A program made the position numbers and the translations under genes. A model generated the notes under the pieces. It ran no database searches. It worked only from the letters and a program-made list of their open reading frames with translations, and had not been told where the DNA came from. Of a stretch of DNA of 64,000 nt, positions 19,575-28,631 are shown piece after piece; within the stretch, counting starts at the first letter, position 1; each line of letters begins with the position of its first letter. The DNA is from Bacillota bacterium (lineage in GTDB: Bacteria > Bacillota > Clostridia > Christensenellales > SZUA-584): contig JAEZHF010000020.1 of assembly GCA_023416745.1 (NCBI GenBank), forward strand, positions 1,606 to 65,605. Reading direction: 5' to 3'.

Positions 19575-21404
19575 TTATTGCTCGACCTCATTTTCCAGCT
19601 TGATCGCGTTCTGCTGGCAGTAAATCGGGAGGAACTCCTCCGCAGCCTTGCGCAGCTCGGTAACAGCGTCTTCCGGCAGATCGCCCGTCTTCTCGATTGT
19701 CAGCCGTACTTCGGGGTAGTTTGTGTCCACATAGTCCAGATAACGCCGGTTGAACTCCTTAACATGATTAAACGGCAGTTTCACCAGATACTTGTTGATT
19801 GCAACGTAAAGCACGATGACCTGGCTCGCCATGGACAGAGGCGAAAATTGCTGCTGTTTCAAAGACTCGGTCAGCCGTGCGCCCTGATCCAGTGTCTCAC
19901 GCGTCGTCTTATCGAGGTCGGAAGCGAACTGCGCGAATACCGCCAGCTCGCGGTACTGTGCAAGGTCCAGACGCAGGCGGCCCGCTACCTTTCTCATGGC
20001 CTTGATCTGCGCACTGCCGCCCACACGGGACACCGATAGACCCACGTTGACAGCTGGCCTGATGCCTGCGTTGAACAGCTCGGATTCCAGGAATATCTGC
20101 CCGTCCGTTATGGAAATGACGTTGGTCGGTATGTATGCCGAAATATCGCCCGCCATCGTTTCGATGATGGGCAGCGCCGTCATGGAACCGCCGCCGTGTG
20201 CTTCGTTCAGACGCGCGGCGCGCTCCAACAGCCGTGAATGCAGATAGAATACATCGCCCGGATACGCCTCGCGGCCCGGCGGGCGACGGAGCAGCAGCGA
20301 CATGGTGCGGTAAGCCACCGCATGCTTGGACAGATCGTCATACACGATCAGCGCGTCCTTTCCGGCATACATGAACTCCTCAGCGATGGCGCAACCTGAG
20401 TACGGCGCGATATACTGCATCGACGGAGCATCGCTGCCGGTGGACGCCACCACGATGGTATAGTCCAGCGCGCCCTCTTCCTCCAGCGTCTTGATGATGC
20501 CCGCGATGGTGGACGCCTTCTGGCCGATGGCTACGTATATGCAGTAAACATTCTTGCCCTTCTGGTTGAGTATCGTGTCCACGGCGATCGCCGTCTTGCC
20601 TGTCTGGCGGTCACCTATGATCAGCTCTCTTTGCCCCTTGCCGATGGGCACCATGCTGTCGATGGACATAATGCCCGTCTCCAGCGGGCTCTTCACGCCC
20701 TGCCGGTCAAATATTTGCGGTGCCTCCGCTTCGATAGCCCTGAACTTATCGGCATATACCTTGCCTTTGCCGTCCATCGGAACACCCAAAGGGCTCACGA
20801 CACGGCCCAGCAGCGCTTCGCCGACGGGCACCTGCACCACGGTACCGGTGTTGCGCACATTGGAGCCTTCAGACACGTCCCAGACGTTGTTGAGCAGCAC
20901 CGCACCAATGCTCTCCATTGAGAGATTCATCACAATGCCGAACGAGTTATTTTCAAACTCCAGCAGCTCTCCGTATTTGCTGCCTTCCAGGCCTCTCACC
21001 AGCACGATGCCGTCGCCCGAGGATATGACGGTGCCGATCTCGGTCACGTCCATCTCGCCGGTATATTCCTTGATGCGCTCCTTCGTGGCCTGCCCGAACT
21101 CTTCCGGGTTAAAATCCAGCGAAAAATCGCCTTCCTCCAGCGCATCCTGCCGGTACGGAGATTCCGCATCCACAATAAAGCTTTTTATTTTGCCCAGGTG
21201 TGCGCGGACGCTTCTGTCGTATACCTTGTTGCCGATCACAACAACAAAGCCGCCCAGCAGTTCCGGCACCACTTCGGTAGCAAAGCTGATCTCTTCACCC
21301 ACGAGGGATTCAAATCGCTTTTTAATCGATTTTATCGTCAGGTCGTCCAGTGCAACCGCCGATTTCAGTTTTCCTTCGATAGCCAAATCATCCCACCCTC
21401 TCAA
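19575..21404 (-). CDS. atpA: F1 ATP synthase alpha subunit carrying an N-terminal delta(OSCP) C-terminal-domain-like extension
   Basis: Alpha core: '[18 protein letters not shown]', Walker A '[18 protein letters not shown]', '[28 protein letters not shown]'. The N-terminal ~80 aa '[60 protein letters not shown]' resemble the C-terminal third of delta subunits. Start is TTG at 21404, or TTG at 21386 after GGGTGG. Confidence 0.9.
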   Translation of the reverse strand: MRGWDDLAIEGKLKSAVALDDLTIKSIKKRFESLVGEEISFATEVVPELLGGFVVVIGNKVYDRSVRAHLGKIKSFIVDAESPYRQDALEEGDFSLDFNPEEFGQATKERIKEYTGEMDVTEIGTVISSGDGIVLVRGLEGSKYGELLEFENNSFGIVMNLSMESIGAVLLNNVWDVSEGSNVRNTGTVVQVPVGEALLGRVVSPLGVPMDGKGKVYADKFRAIEAEAPQIFDRQGVKSPLETGIMSIDSMVPIGKGQRELIIGDRQTGKTAIAVDTILNQKGKNVYCIYVAIGQKASTIAGIIKTLEEEGALDYTIVVASTGSDAPSMQYIAPYSGCAIAEEFMYAGKDALIVYDDLSKHAVAYRTMSLLLRRPPGREAYPGDVFYLHSRLLERAARLNEAHGGGSMTALPIIETMAGDISAYIPTNVISITDGQIFLESELFNAGIRPAVNVGLSVSRVGGSAQIKAMRKVAGRLRLDLAQYRELAVFAQFASDLDKTTRETLDQGARLTESLKQQQFSPLSMASQVIVLYVAINKYLVKLPFNHVKEFNRRYLDYVDTNYPEVRLTIEKTGDLPEDAVTELRKAAEEFLPIYCQQNAIKLENEVEQ

Positions 21405-21873
21405 AGAACTCGTCGATGATCTTGCGGTTATCGTCCAGAGAAATCTCTCGCGCCAGTACCTTTTCCGCTATCTGTATGCTCATCTCAGCGATCTCTGTCT
21501 TCATATCCTGCCTGACCTGTACCTTTTCCGCCTCGATCTCGCGTTTTGCCCGTACGACAAGCCCGCGCGCATGCTCCTTCGCGTCATCAACGATCTCGCG
21601 CGCATGGTCGCGTGCCATTTCGTTGCTCTTGGTGATGATCGCCGCCGCTTCGTTATGGGCATTTGCCATCATCTGCTCATATTCTTCTTTTTGCTGTATC
21701 AGCTGCTTATCACGGTCATCCAGTTCGTCCACTTTATTTGAGAACTTGTATTCACGGTTCTTCATGAATTTGAGTATCGGTTTATAGACCAGTAAACGCA
21801 ATATTACAAATAGGATCAGAACATTCAGCACATGGAGGCCGATATTCAACGGATCTATTTCGAGCATGACCAC
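21388..21873 (-). CDS. atpF: F0 ATP synthase b subunit
   Basis: N-terminal TM '[18 protein letters not shown]', then a long charged helix. GTG at 21873, or ATG at 21867 after GAGGTG. Confidence 0.88.
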   Translation of the reverse strand: MVMLEIDPLNIGLHVLNVLILFVILRLLVYKPILKFMKNREYKFSNKVDELDDRDKQLIQQKEEYEQMMANAHNEAAAIITKSNEMARDHAREIVDDAKEHARGLVVRAKREIEAEKVQVRQDMKTEIAEMSIQIAEKVLAREISLDDNRKIIDEFFERVG

Positions 21874-21901
21874 ACCTCACTTATGTCATAATACCTCGTC
21901 T

Positions 21902-22132
21902 TTATTCAATTCCCGGGATTTTTCCCATCATCAAAATGGCAATAACGAAGCCGTAAATGGCTGTCGTCTCAGCAAACGCCAGACCGATCAGAAGCATTGC
22001 GTTGATCTTGCCGCTGGCTTCGGGCTGCCGCGCCACTGCATCCGCCGCTTTGCCGGTGGCGATGCCCATGCCGATGCCCGCACCCAGGCCCGTCAGAACC
22101 GCCAGCCCCACACCAATTGCAATAATACCCAT
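21902..22132 (-). CDS. atpE: F0 ATP synthase c subunit
   Basis: Hairpin with an 'ARQPE' loop and carboxylate 'LAFAETTAIYGFV'. The ATG at 22132 lies 7 nt after GGAGGT; the track ORF start at 22147 sits inside the RBS. Confidence 0.93.
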   Translation of the reverse strand: MGIIAIGVGLAVLTGLGAGIGMGIATGKAADAVARQPEASGKINAMLLIGLAFAETTAIYGFVIAILMMGKIPGIE

Positions 22133-22170
22133 TTTTCTTACCTCCAATAATATAGATTAATAATTGAATG

Positions 22171-22905
22171 CTATCGCTTAGCCCCGTACATAACCGTCTC
22201 TTCCATGAAGGACAGCGTCAGCACAAGGAATATATACGTTTGTATGCCCACATGGAACAGGTTGAAATATATCGCAAGGAATGCCGGTATTACAAACTTG
22301 AGATATACTACACTATAGAGCAAATCCATCACGACCATGCCGGCAAACATGTTGCCGAACAGACGGAAGGACAGCGACACAGGTATGACAGCATGCGTCA
22401 CCATGTTGATGGGCAGCATAAACGCCTTGGGTTTCACAAACCATTTCAGCCGCCCGAAGAATCCGGTAAAGTAAAAACCGAACGCGTTGATGAGCACAAA
22501 CGACATCATCGCCAGTGCGATGGTGAAGTTGATGTCCGTCGCCGGAGGCCGGAAGCCAAACAGCTCGACGAGACTGGTGCTCACAATCATCAGCGCTACG
22601 GTAAATATGTACGCAGCAAATGCAGCGCCGCGCTTTCCTAGCTGGGTGTTGGAGAATTTCTCGCAAAATTCGACAAACATCTCCAGTATATTCTGTATGC
22701 CTTTGGGAACAGTTTTAAAGCGGGGAATAATAAACAGGCGGATGACAACAGCAAAAGCAATCAGTATCAGCATGACCATCCAGGTTATCAACATCGTTTC
22801 ACTGATCTCTAGACCAAACAGTGATACTTTGGGAGGCATTATCGAAATCTCTTCCATCTCCAGACCTGGAGTTTGTCCCAAACCTGTCATCATGCTCTCA
22901 ACCAT
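22171..22905 (-). CDS. atpB: F0 ATP synthase a subunit
   Basis: 'VSLSFRLFGNMFAGMVV' contains the conserved stator Arg. Start at MVESMM after AAAGGA; the track ORF reaches 22938. Confidence 0.9.
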   Translation of the reverse strand: MVESMMTGLGQTPGLEMEEISIMPPKVSLFGLEISETMLITWMVMLILIAFAVVIRLFIIPRFKTVPKGIQNILEMFVEFCEKFSNTQLGKRGAAFAAYIFTVALMIVSTSLVELFGFRPPATDINFTIALAMMSFVLINAFGFYFTGFFGRLKWFVKPKAFMLPINMVTHAVIPVSLSFRLFGNMFAGMVVMDLLYSVVYLKFVIPAFLAIYFNLFHVGIQTYIFLVLTLSFMEETVMYGAKR

Positions 22906-23212
22906 GGCTGATGTCCTTTCCGTCCGAATGGCTGTCATTTTCCTTGCCGTCTTTGCGGCGGCGCCACTGCAGAACCACCGCCAATGCGGCTATCATGCCG
23001 ATCAGCATGCCTGCACCTGTCCAGAGCAGATGCGTCAGGGAAACGGTCGCGATCAGATACAGAGCCAGCACGATCAAGGCAATTTTGCCGATCAAAAGCA
23101 GCGCGCCAAGCAGCTTGGCTGTCGTATCGCGGCCAAGTATCATTTTTCCAAGTTTATAGAGTGCAAACACCTGTAATGCACCAATTGCCAATCCGATAAA
23201 CAAGCCCCACAT
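22898..23212 (-). CDS. atpI: AtpI/AtpZ-like small membrane protein
   Basis: 104 aa with three hydrophobic segments, directly upstream of and overlapping atpB. No clear SD. Confidence 0.5.
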   Translation of the reverse strand: MWGLFIGLAIGALQVFALYKLGKMILGRDTTAKLLGALLLIGKIALIVLALYLIATVSLTHLLWTGAGMLIGMIAALAVVLQWRRRKDGKENDSHSDGKDISHG

Positions 23213-23220
23213 AACAATAC

Positions 23221-23249
23221 ATTCTAATCAATATGCTTCGAAAATGCAA
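23221..23249 (-). promoter_or_regulatory. candidate sigma-A promoter for the atp operon, embedded in the 3' end of the GNAT gene
   Basis: Minus strand: TTGCAT-17 nt-TAGAAT. The -10 ends 8 nt before the atpI ATG. Confidence 0.35.
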
Positions 23250-24244
23250 GTTGTTTGGGAGGTAAATATTTGATTAAGTTCCCGAGAACCTTCCGTATAA
23301 TCGCTGAAATGCCCGGCCCCCTGATGCACGAACCGCGCCAGCTCACTGACCGGCATCGGCTTTGCACCAGCTGCAACGTTGTTCCAAGGCGCAAGGTCAT
23401 CCCTAATGCTGACATGGTTCAATAAGACGTCAGCATTAAACGCCTTCAGCAGAGCCCGCGCATCCACCACACGGGCCATGCCGTGTTTTGCGCCGCGCCT
23501 GTCTGCCGGCAGGTAATAGCTGACCTTCTTAAACCCTTGCCGGAACAGCCATGCCAGCAGTCCTCCCACGTACGCTTCGTCAGTGTATACCGTCTCGATC
23601 ACGTCCACGACGCCTTCCTTCACGTAATACAGCATATAAGCCTGCGCAGCGTCGTCTTCTATCAGCACTGCGACTTTTCCGCCGTCGACTGCCAGCTCGC
23701 CCAGACGCCAGTTCCACTCCCGCTGTGTACGTAACACGTACCCATCGAAACCACGCATCATCTTGTTGTACAGCGTTGCTAATATGGATGCGTCTGAAGT
23801 CTCAATCACATCAGCGTGTCGGCTGAGCGACGCCGCCGTGACGCTCTGTTTGCGTACATGCGAATAGGCAGCCCAGCCCAGCCGCTCATAGAATTCGTGT
23901 TTGAACGGATACAGATGTGTCAGCAGTATGCCCCGCTGCTTCATCAGTGCCAGCGATTCGCGCAGCAGGTGACGCATCAGCCCCTCACCGCGGTGGCTTT
24001 TGTCCGTCGCTGCCCCGGCGATGAACGCGGACGACAGCGGACGGCGCTGCACGCTGACCGTGAAGGGCAGCATGTGCAGCACGGAGACCAGCCCGTTATC
24101 GAACATACCGAGGGATTGTCCCGGCAGCACCTTGTTCTCAAAATACCAGTCGATAAACGCGTCGGTGTCGTCAAAGGCCTGCTTCCACAGCGCCTTGGCC
24201 AAGGGGATGTCTCCCTTTTCCAGCAGCCTGATATCCATCGTCAA
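23228..24244 (-). CDS. GNAT family N-acetyltransferase (Eis-like multi-domain architecture)
   Basis: 'AFIAGAATDKSHRGEGLMRHLLRESLALMKQRGILLTHLYPFKHEFYERLGW' acetyl-CoA-binding region. 338 aa. The ATG overlaps the upstream stop (ATGA). Confidence 0.7.
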   Translation of the reverse strand: MTMDIRLLEKGDIPLAKALWKQAFDDTDAFIDWYFENKVLPGQSLGMFDNGLVSVLHMLPFTVSVQRRPLSSAFIAGAATDKSHRGEGLMRHLLRESLALMKQRGILLTHLYPFKHEFYERLGWAAYSHVRKQSVTAASLSRHADVIETSDASILATLYNKMMRGFDGYVLRTQREWNWRLGELAVDGGKVAVLIEDDAAQAYMLYYVKEGVVDVIETVYTDEAYVGGLLAWLFRQGFKKVSYYLPADRRGAKHGMARVVDARALLKAFNADVLLNHVSIRDDLAPWNNVAAGAKPMPVSELARFVHQGAGHFSDYTEGSRELNQIFTSQTTCIFEAY

Positions 24245-25134
24245 TTCCTCACGCAGGTATATTTCTCAACCAGAAAAGCCGGATAGTACGACATCTTCGC
24301 TTTTCTTAAGCCCTCGATGTCCATATCTTCCTCGCGGTTGATATATTTCAGATCACACCACTCATGCCGCACGAACTCACGGTTGATCAACGGGTACGTA
24401 CCCTGCAGATCCGGGTTGGCCTTCTCGACGTGGATAATCGCCATGTCCTCACCAAACCGCTCTCCTACAGAAAAAGCCTCCAGGTTACCGTCCACATAAA
24501 GCAGCCCGCACCGAAGTCCCAGCACATCCAGATTTTTAAGTGCCGCTTCGGTGGCCCACATCTCGTGCTGAATACTCTCCGTCATGCCGCCCTTGCCTTC
24601 CACCCACGACCTGTACAGCGACATGCAGGCATCGTAGTCCGGTGCTGTGTAAGCGCGGTACTCGAAGCTGTGACTGGCAAGCAGCTTGTTGATGTGATTG
24701 CGTTTGGCATGATACTTCTTGCCTTCCAGCGTACACAGGTCCTGTGTGTTGTATACGTATTCGAAGTTCGCCCTGTCCGGTGTCATTGAATAACGGCCTG
24801 GACAGTCCGCCTCGATTTTCTCTTTCAATGGCACGGTCACGCCCTTGATCTTGAATGTTTCGCTGCGGCTCTCCATAAACGCTTCACACCGGCGCATCGG
24901 CTCCGCAATGCTCGTGTCACAGTCGTCCAGCAGCGGCGGCAGCATAAACGAAACGCTCCCGTTGTTCAGATACAGGTACATGGCCATATCGTCGGTAGCC
25001 ATATGTATATTCATCGCCCGGCTCCAGATAAATATATTCGCAAATGACGCTTCCAGATTGTGATACCCGTGGCACAGCGTATATTTTTCAAAGTTCAGTT
25101 TATCATCCAGTTCAATTCTTTTAAAATCCAGCAT
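24241..25134 (-). CDS. DUF2156-like protein (related to the C-terminal aminoacyl-transferase domain of MprF/LysX)
   Basis: 'MLDFKRIELDDKLNFEKY..EASFANIFIWS' and 'GKKYHAKRNHINK' resemble DUF2156 members as I recall them. GAGGAGAAGG RBS; the track ORF reaches 25173. Confidence 0.55.
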   Translation of the reverse strand: MLDFKRIELDDKLNFEKYTLCHGYHNLEASFANIFIWSRAMNIHMATDDMAMYLYLNNGSVSFMLPPLLDDCDTSIAEPMRRCEAFMESRSETFKIKGVTVPLKEKIEADCPGRYSMTPDRANFEYVYNTQDLCTLEGKKYHAKRNHINKLLASHSFEYRAYTAPDYDACMSLYRSWVEGKGGMTESIQHEMWATEAALKNLDVLGLRCGLLYVDGNLEAFSVGERFGEDMAIIHVEKANPDLQGTYPLINREFVRHEWCDLKYINREEDMDIEGLRKAKMSYYPAFLVEKYTCVRN

Positions 25135-25161
25135 GCCTTCTCCTCGTTGTTTAATTAATCT

Positions 25162-25170
25162 ATTATATAC
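25162..25170 (-). promoter_or_regulatory. extended -10 element (TGGTATAAT) upstream of the DUF2156-like gene
   Basis: Minus strand aaTGgTATAAT, about 28 nt before the ATG at 25134. No good -35. Confidence 0.4.
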
Positions 25171-25480
25171 CATTCCAATGATAATTCAAATTCCAATCCA
25201 ATTCATAATGATTGTTTACAGGCGAATGGCGCGAATGAGCATCCGCCTTTCATGAACGAACTTCATCTGACGGTGTTTTTTTGCGCTATAATAAAAGGCG
25301 CATCAGGCCAGCTCGCCGTGATGCGCATGAACACCAATATGTCCCTTGCTCGAATTGTTTGCGGAGTGTCCCACAAATATGTTTGTGTTATTCCAAGCCT
25401 GCGGCGCAAAAGCGAATGCCAAGGGCGGTGCATGTCAGAAGGGAGAGCGTGCTCCGTTCTAGCATAGCAGACCGCGCCGA

Positions 25481-26188
25481 CTATTCCTCTACGATCTCAC
25501 CGTTGGGTGAAATGACCGTGACGTGCCAAGGTATCATCTTGCCGCTGTTCACCAGCGCCTGCTTGACGGCGTACTCAATGCCGCCGCAGCACGGCACGCT
25601 CATGCGCAGCACCTCAACGCTGCGGATATCATTGTAAGACAGTATCTCCGTCAGCTTCTCCGAATAGTCCCCCATGTCCAGCTTGGGACAGCCAATCAGC
25701 GTAATCTTGCCCTTCATGAATTTCTCGTGCACGCCCGCACAGGCGTAAGCCGTACAGTCCGCCGCGATCAGCAGCTTGGCACCGTCGAAGTAAGGCGCAT
25801 TCGGCGGCACCAGCTTGATCTGGCAGGGCCACTGCCGCAACTCGGAAACCGCTTGGGGAACCGCCGCTGATGGGGCTGCCTGAACGGGACGATCCATCGT
25901 CATTGAGCGCGCGGATGGGCAGCCGCCGCCGTGGTGGGGCTGGTTCTGCTGCCTGTCGAGGTGCTTTTTGACCGCTTCTTCGTCGAAGCCCGCTGCCTCG
26001 CGCTCCTCAATCGTGATCGCGCCCGTGGGGCATTCGGGCAGACAGGCGCCCAGCCCGTCGCAGTATGAGTCGGAGATCAACCGCGCCTTGCCATCCACCA
26101 TCTGCAACGCGCCTTCGTGGCAGGCGTTCACGCACAGTCCACAGCCGTTGCACTTCTCTTCATCTATATTTATGATATTTCTTTTCAT
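25481..26188 (-). CDS. 4Fe-4S dicluster domain protein with Cys-rich C-terminal domain
   Basis: 'CNGCGLCVNACHEGA' and 'CDGLGACLPECPTGA' ferredoxin motifs. C-terminal 'IAADCTAYAC..LIGCPKLD..MSVPCCGG'. Start at MKRNII after GGGGAGGG. Confidence 0.8.
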   Translation of the reverse strand: MKRNIINIDEEKCNGCGLCVNACHEGALQMVDGKARLISDSYCDGLGACLPECPTGAITIEEREAAGFDEEAVKKHLDRQQNQPHHGGGCPSARSMTMDRPVQAAPSAAVPQAVSELRQWPCQIKLVPPNAPYFDGAKLLIAADCTAYACAGVHEKFMKGKITLIGCPKLDMGDYSEKLTEILSYNDIRSVEVLRMSVPCCGGIEYAVKQALVNSGKMIPWHVTVISPNGEIVEE

Positions 26189-26248
26189 TTTTCTTTGCCC
26201 TCCCCTTGTTTTCATGACCCAATTATAATATACTGGCATCGTTTAGTG

Positions 26249-26264
26249 TGTTGCTTTTGCAACA
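26249..26264. promoter_or_regulatory. palindrome TGTTGC-N4-GCAACA between the divergent ferredoxin-like and crp/fnr genes (candidate Crp/Fnr-family site)
   Basis: Read directly. It is a 6-4-6 palindrome, the same geometry as TTGAT-N4-ATCAA-type boxes. Confidence 0.4.
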
Positions 26265-26282
26265 ATAACATGCGGAGCGGCT

Positions 26283-26978
26283 ATGAATTGTCAGCATATC
26301 TATGAAAAGAATATCGCGCTGTTCAACGGCATCAAATGCCCGGAGTTGGAGTCGATGCTGGGCTGCCTCGGCGCAAAGATCGCCGTTTACAAGAAGGGTG
26401 ATTTCATGCTGACGGCGGGCGCGCCCCTGCGGCATGTGGGTATCATTCTGTCCGGTCAGGCTGTGGTCAGCCGGGACGACATTCTGGGCAACCGAACCGT
26501 GCTCACCGCGCTGTCGCCGCCGCAGCTGTTCGCGGAGTCGCTGGCGTGCGCAGGTATCACCGTCAGCCCCGTCAATGTAGAGGCCGTCACGGATGCGGAG
26601 GTGCTGCTGGTCGTCTTCGACAAGATCATCCGCACATGCACCTCCTGCTGCTCACACCACAACGTGCTGGTGGAAAACATGTTGTATATCGTCGCACGAA
26701 AGAACCTCGATATGAGTGAGAAACTGGACCATATCGCCCGCAAGACCACGCGTCAGAAGCTGGCCTCCTACCTGTTAAGCCAAGCCAACAAGAACAAGAG
26801 CAGTCGCTTCGAGATCGGGCTGGACCGGCAGGCGCTGGCGGACTACCTGTGCGTCAACCGCAGCGCGCTCTCCCGTGAGCTGTCCGGTATTAGTGATCTT
26901 GGCATACTCACCTACCACCGAAATCAATTTGACATCCGTGACATGAAACAGCTGGAGGAACTGCTGGAAAGCGAATAA
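26283..26978 (+). CDS. Crp/Fnr family transcriptional regulator
   Basis: cNMP-binding-like N-terminal domain; C-terminal HTH 'RQALADYLCVNRSALSRELSGI'. Confidence 0.88.
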   Translation: MNCQHIYEKNIALFNGIKCPELESMLGCLGAKIAVYKKGDFMLTAGAPLRHVGIILSGQAVVSRDDILGNRTVLTALSPPQLFAESLACAGITVSPVNVEAVTDAEVLLVVFDKIIRTCTSCCSHHNVLVENMLYIVARKNLDMSEKLDHIARKTTRQKLASYLLSQANKNKSSRFEIGLDRQALADYLCVNRSALSRELSGISDLGILTYHRNQFDIRDMKQLEELLESE

Positions 26979-27043
26979 CGGGCTTTTTAGCCCCATCTGT
27001 GCTGTCAAATAATCTATCTGACCAACGAAAGGAAACCAGGGTA

Positions 27044-28237
27044 ATGACAACAGGCAGCGGCGTGACATACGCGCAAGGCTTCACCGCGGCGGGCGTAACC
27101 TGTGGCATCAAGAAGAACGGCAACCGTGATCTTGCGATCATCAAATGTGACCGCCCCGCGGCGGCGGCGGGCGTGTTCACCCGAAATATTGTCAAGGGAC
27201 ACTCGCTGCAGCTGGCGCAGAGGAACGTACGTAACGGCAAAGCCCAGCTCGTCATCGTCAACGCAGGCTGTGCAAATGCCTGCCTCGGGCAGCGCGGCAT
27301 GGACGACGCGCTCACTATGGCACGGCTTGCGGCCAAGCGCTTTGGCTGCCGACCCGGCGACGTGCTCACCGGCTCCACCGGCGTGATCGGCTTTCCGTTG
27401 CCCATGGACCGCATTGAAGCGGGGGTTGCCGCCGCTGAGATGTCCGTCGAAGGCGGCGCGGACGCGGCGCGCGCCATCATGACGACTGACACCATTCCCA
27501 AGGAAGCTCAAAGCTATGTGGTCATCAGTGGGCGCGAGGTGCGCGTGGGTGGCATGGCCAAGGGCTCCGGTATGATACACCCCAACATGGCCACGATGAT
27601 CTCCGTCGTCACGACGGATGCCAACATATCCGCACCCGCGCTGCGTCAGGCGCTTAAGGAAGCGGTGAACGTGTCCTACAACCGCATCTCCATCGACGGC
27701 GACACCAGCGTATGCGACAAGGTGCTGCTGCTCGCGTCCGGCATGGCGGGCAACGATGTCATTGAAGCGGGCACGACCGAATACGCGCTATTCCTCGGCG
27801 CGCTCAAGGAGGTCTGCATCAAGCTGTCCAAGCTGCTGGCGGCGGACGGCGAGGGCGCGACCAAACTGCTCACGATAGACGTGCGCAACGTGCGCACTTC
27901 CAAGGACGCGCATCTCATCACCAGCGCCATCGCCAAGTCCCCGCTGTGCAAAACGGCTGCATTCGGCAACGACGCCAACTGGGGGCGTCTGCTGACTGCA
28001 GCCGGTTATTCGGGCGCGAAGTTTGACCCGGAGAAAGTGAACATCTGGATCGGGGATATACAGGTATGCCGGGACGGCGGCGGCCTTGCCTTCGACGAAG
28101 CAGCGGCGCTGCACATACTGAAACAACCGGAAGTCACCTACACGCTGGATTTCTCGGACGGTTCCGCCAACGACACGATGTGGACATGCGATTTCTCGCT
28201 CGACTACGTGAACATCAACGCCAGTTACCGCACCTGA
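27044..28237 (+). CDS. argJ: bifunctional ornithine acetyltransferase / N-acetylglutamate synthase
   Basis: 'GFTAAGVTCGIKK', autoprocessing site 'AIMTTDTIPKE', 'ANWGRLLTAAGYSG', C-terminal 'INASYRT'. Confidence 0.93.
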   Translation: MTTGSGVTYAQGFTAAGVTCGIKKNGNRDLAIIKCDRPAAAAGVFTRNIVKGHSLQLAQRNVRNGKAQLVIVNAGCANACLGQRGMDDALTMARLAAKRFGCRPGDVLTGSTGVIGFPLPMDRIEAGVAAAEMSVEGGADAARAIMTTDTIPKEAQSYVVISGREVRVGGMAKGSGMIHPNMATMISVVTTDANISAPALRQALKEAVNVSYNRISIDGDTSVCDKVLLLASGMAGNDVIEAGTTEYALFLGALKEVCIKLSKLLAADGEGATKLLTIDVRNVRTSKDAHLITSAIAKSPLCKTAAFGNDANWGRLLTAAGYSGAKFDPEKVNIWIGDIQVCRDGGGLAFDEAAALHILKQPEVTYTLDFSDGSANDTMWTCDFSLDYVNINASYRT

Positions 28238-28356
28238 CGTTGCTAACGTAAAGCGCCTTATCCGGTACGGGGCACAGATAAGACCATGGAGGCTCTGCCT
28301 CCATACCTCCTCCGGGGCACGCGAGGGACTCGTCCCTTGAGAATCCCACTGGGATA

Positions 28357-28620
28357 ATGCTTTGCATTTTCCGGTTTTTGAAATGGCTTTTTAGGGAAGG
28401 GTATGCATTGAACAGAACTGTCCGGTTTGTACTTAACAACATAGTAGCTGTGCTTTTTATCCTGTCGCCAGTGGGGATGATAATTCTGCTCGGCAGCAAT
28501 AGTGACTGGTTTGAAGCGCAGGCAGGCCTTGTTCAGGCTGCGCTCATCGTTGCACTGATTTTATACCTTGTTGCCGTACTGCTGATTGTTTTCAAGAGCG
28601 AGGGATTAAAAAAGGTCTGA
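28357..28620 (+). CDS. small two-TM membrane protein, function unknown
   Basis: Two hydrophobic helices (IVAVLFILSPVGMIILL; AALIVALILYLVAVLLIVF). An alternative TTG start follows AGGGAAGGG, about 48 nt downstream. Confidence 0.4.
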   Translation: MLCIFRFLKWLFREGYALNRTVRFVLNNIVAVLFILSPVGMIILLGSNSDWFEAQAGLVQAALIVALILYLVAVLLIVFKSEGLKKV

Positions 28621-28631
28621 TTTGAAACCTC

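Noticed and set aside
21902-22132. Possible Na+-binding signature in the c subunit ('AETTAIY', i.e. Glu, Thr, Thr, Tyr as in Na+-translocating c-rings).
   Set aside because: When helix 1 is anchored on the ARQPE loop, the residue that aligns with the essential Gln of Ilyobacter/Propionigenium c subunits is Met ('GIGMGIATG'). The motif is therefore incomplete, and ion specificity cannot be called from sequence.
28238-28356. Cluster of short GC-rich hairpins after argJ (tggaggctctgcctcca; gagggactcgtccctt) and a 'gcgccttatccggt' segment reminiscent of enterobacterial REP elements.
   Set aside because: There is only one copy in the window, so I cannot test whether it is repeated. It most likely just serves as the argJ terminator region.
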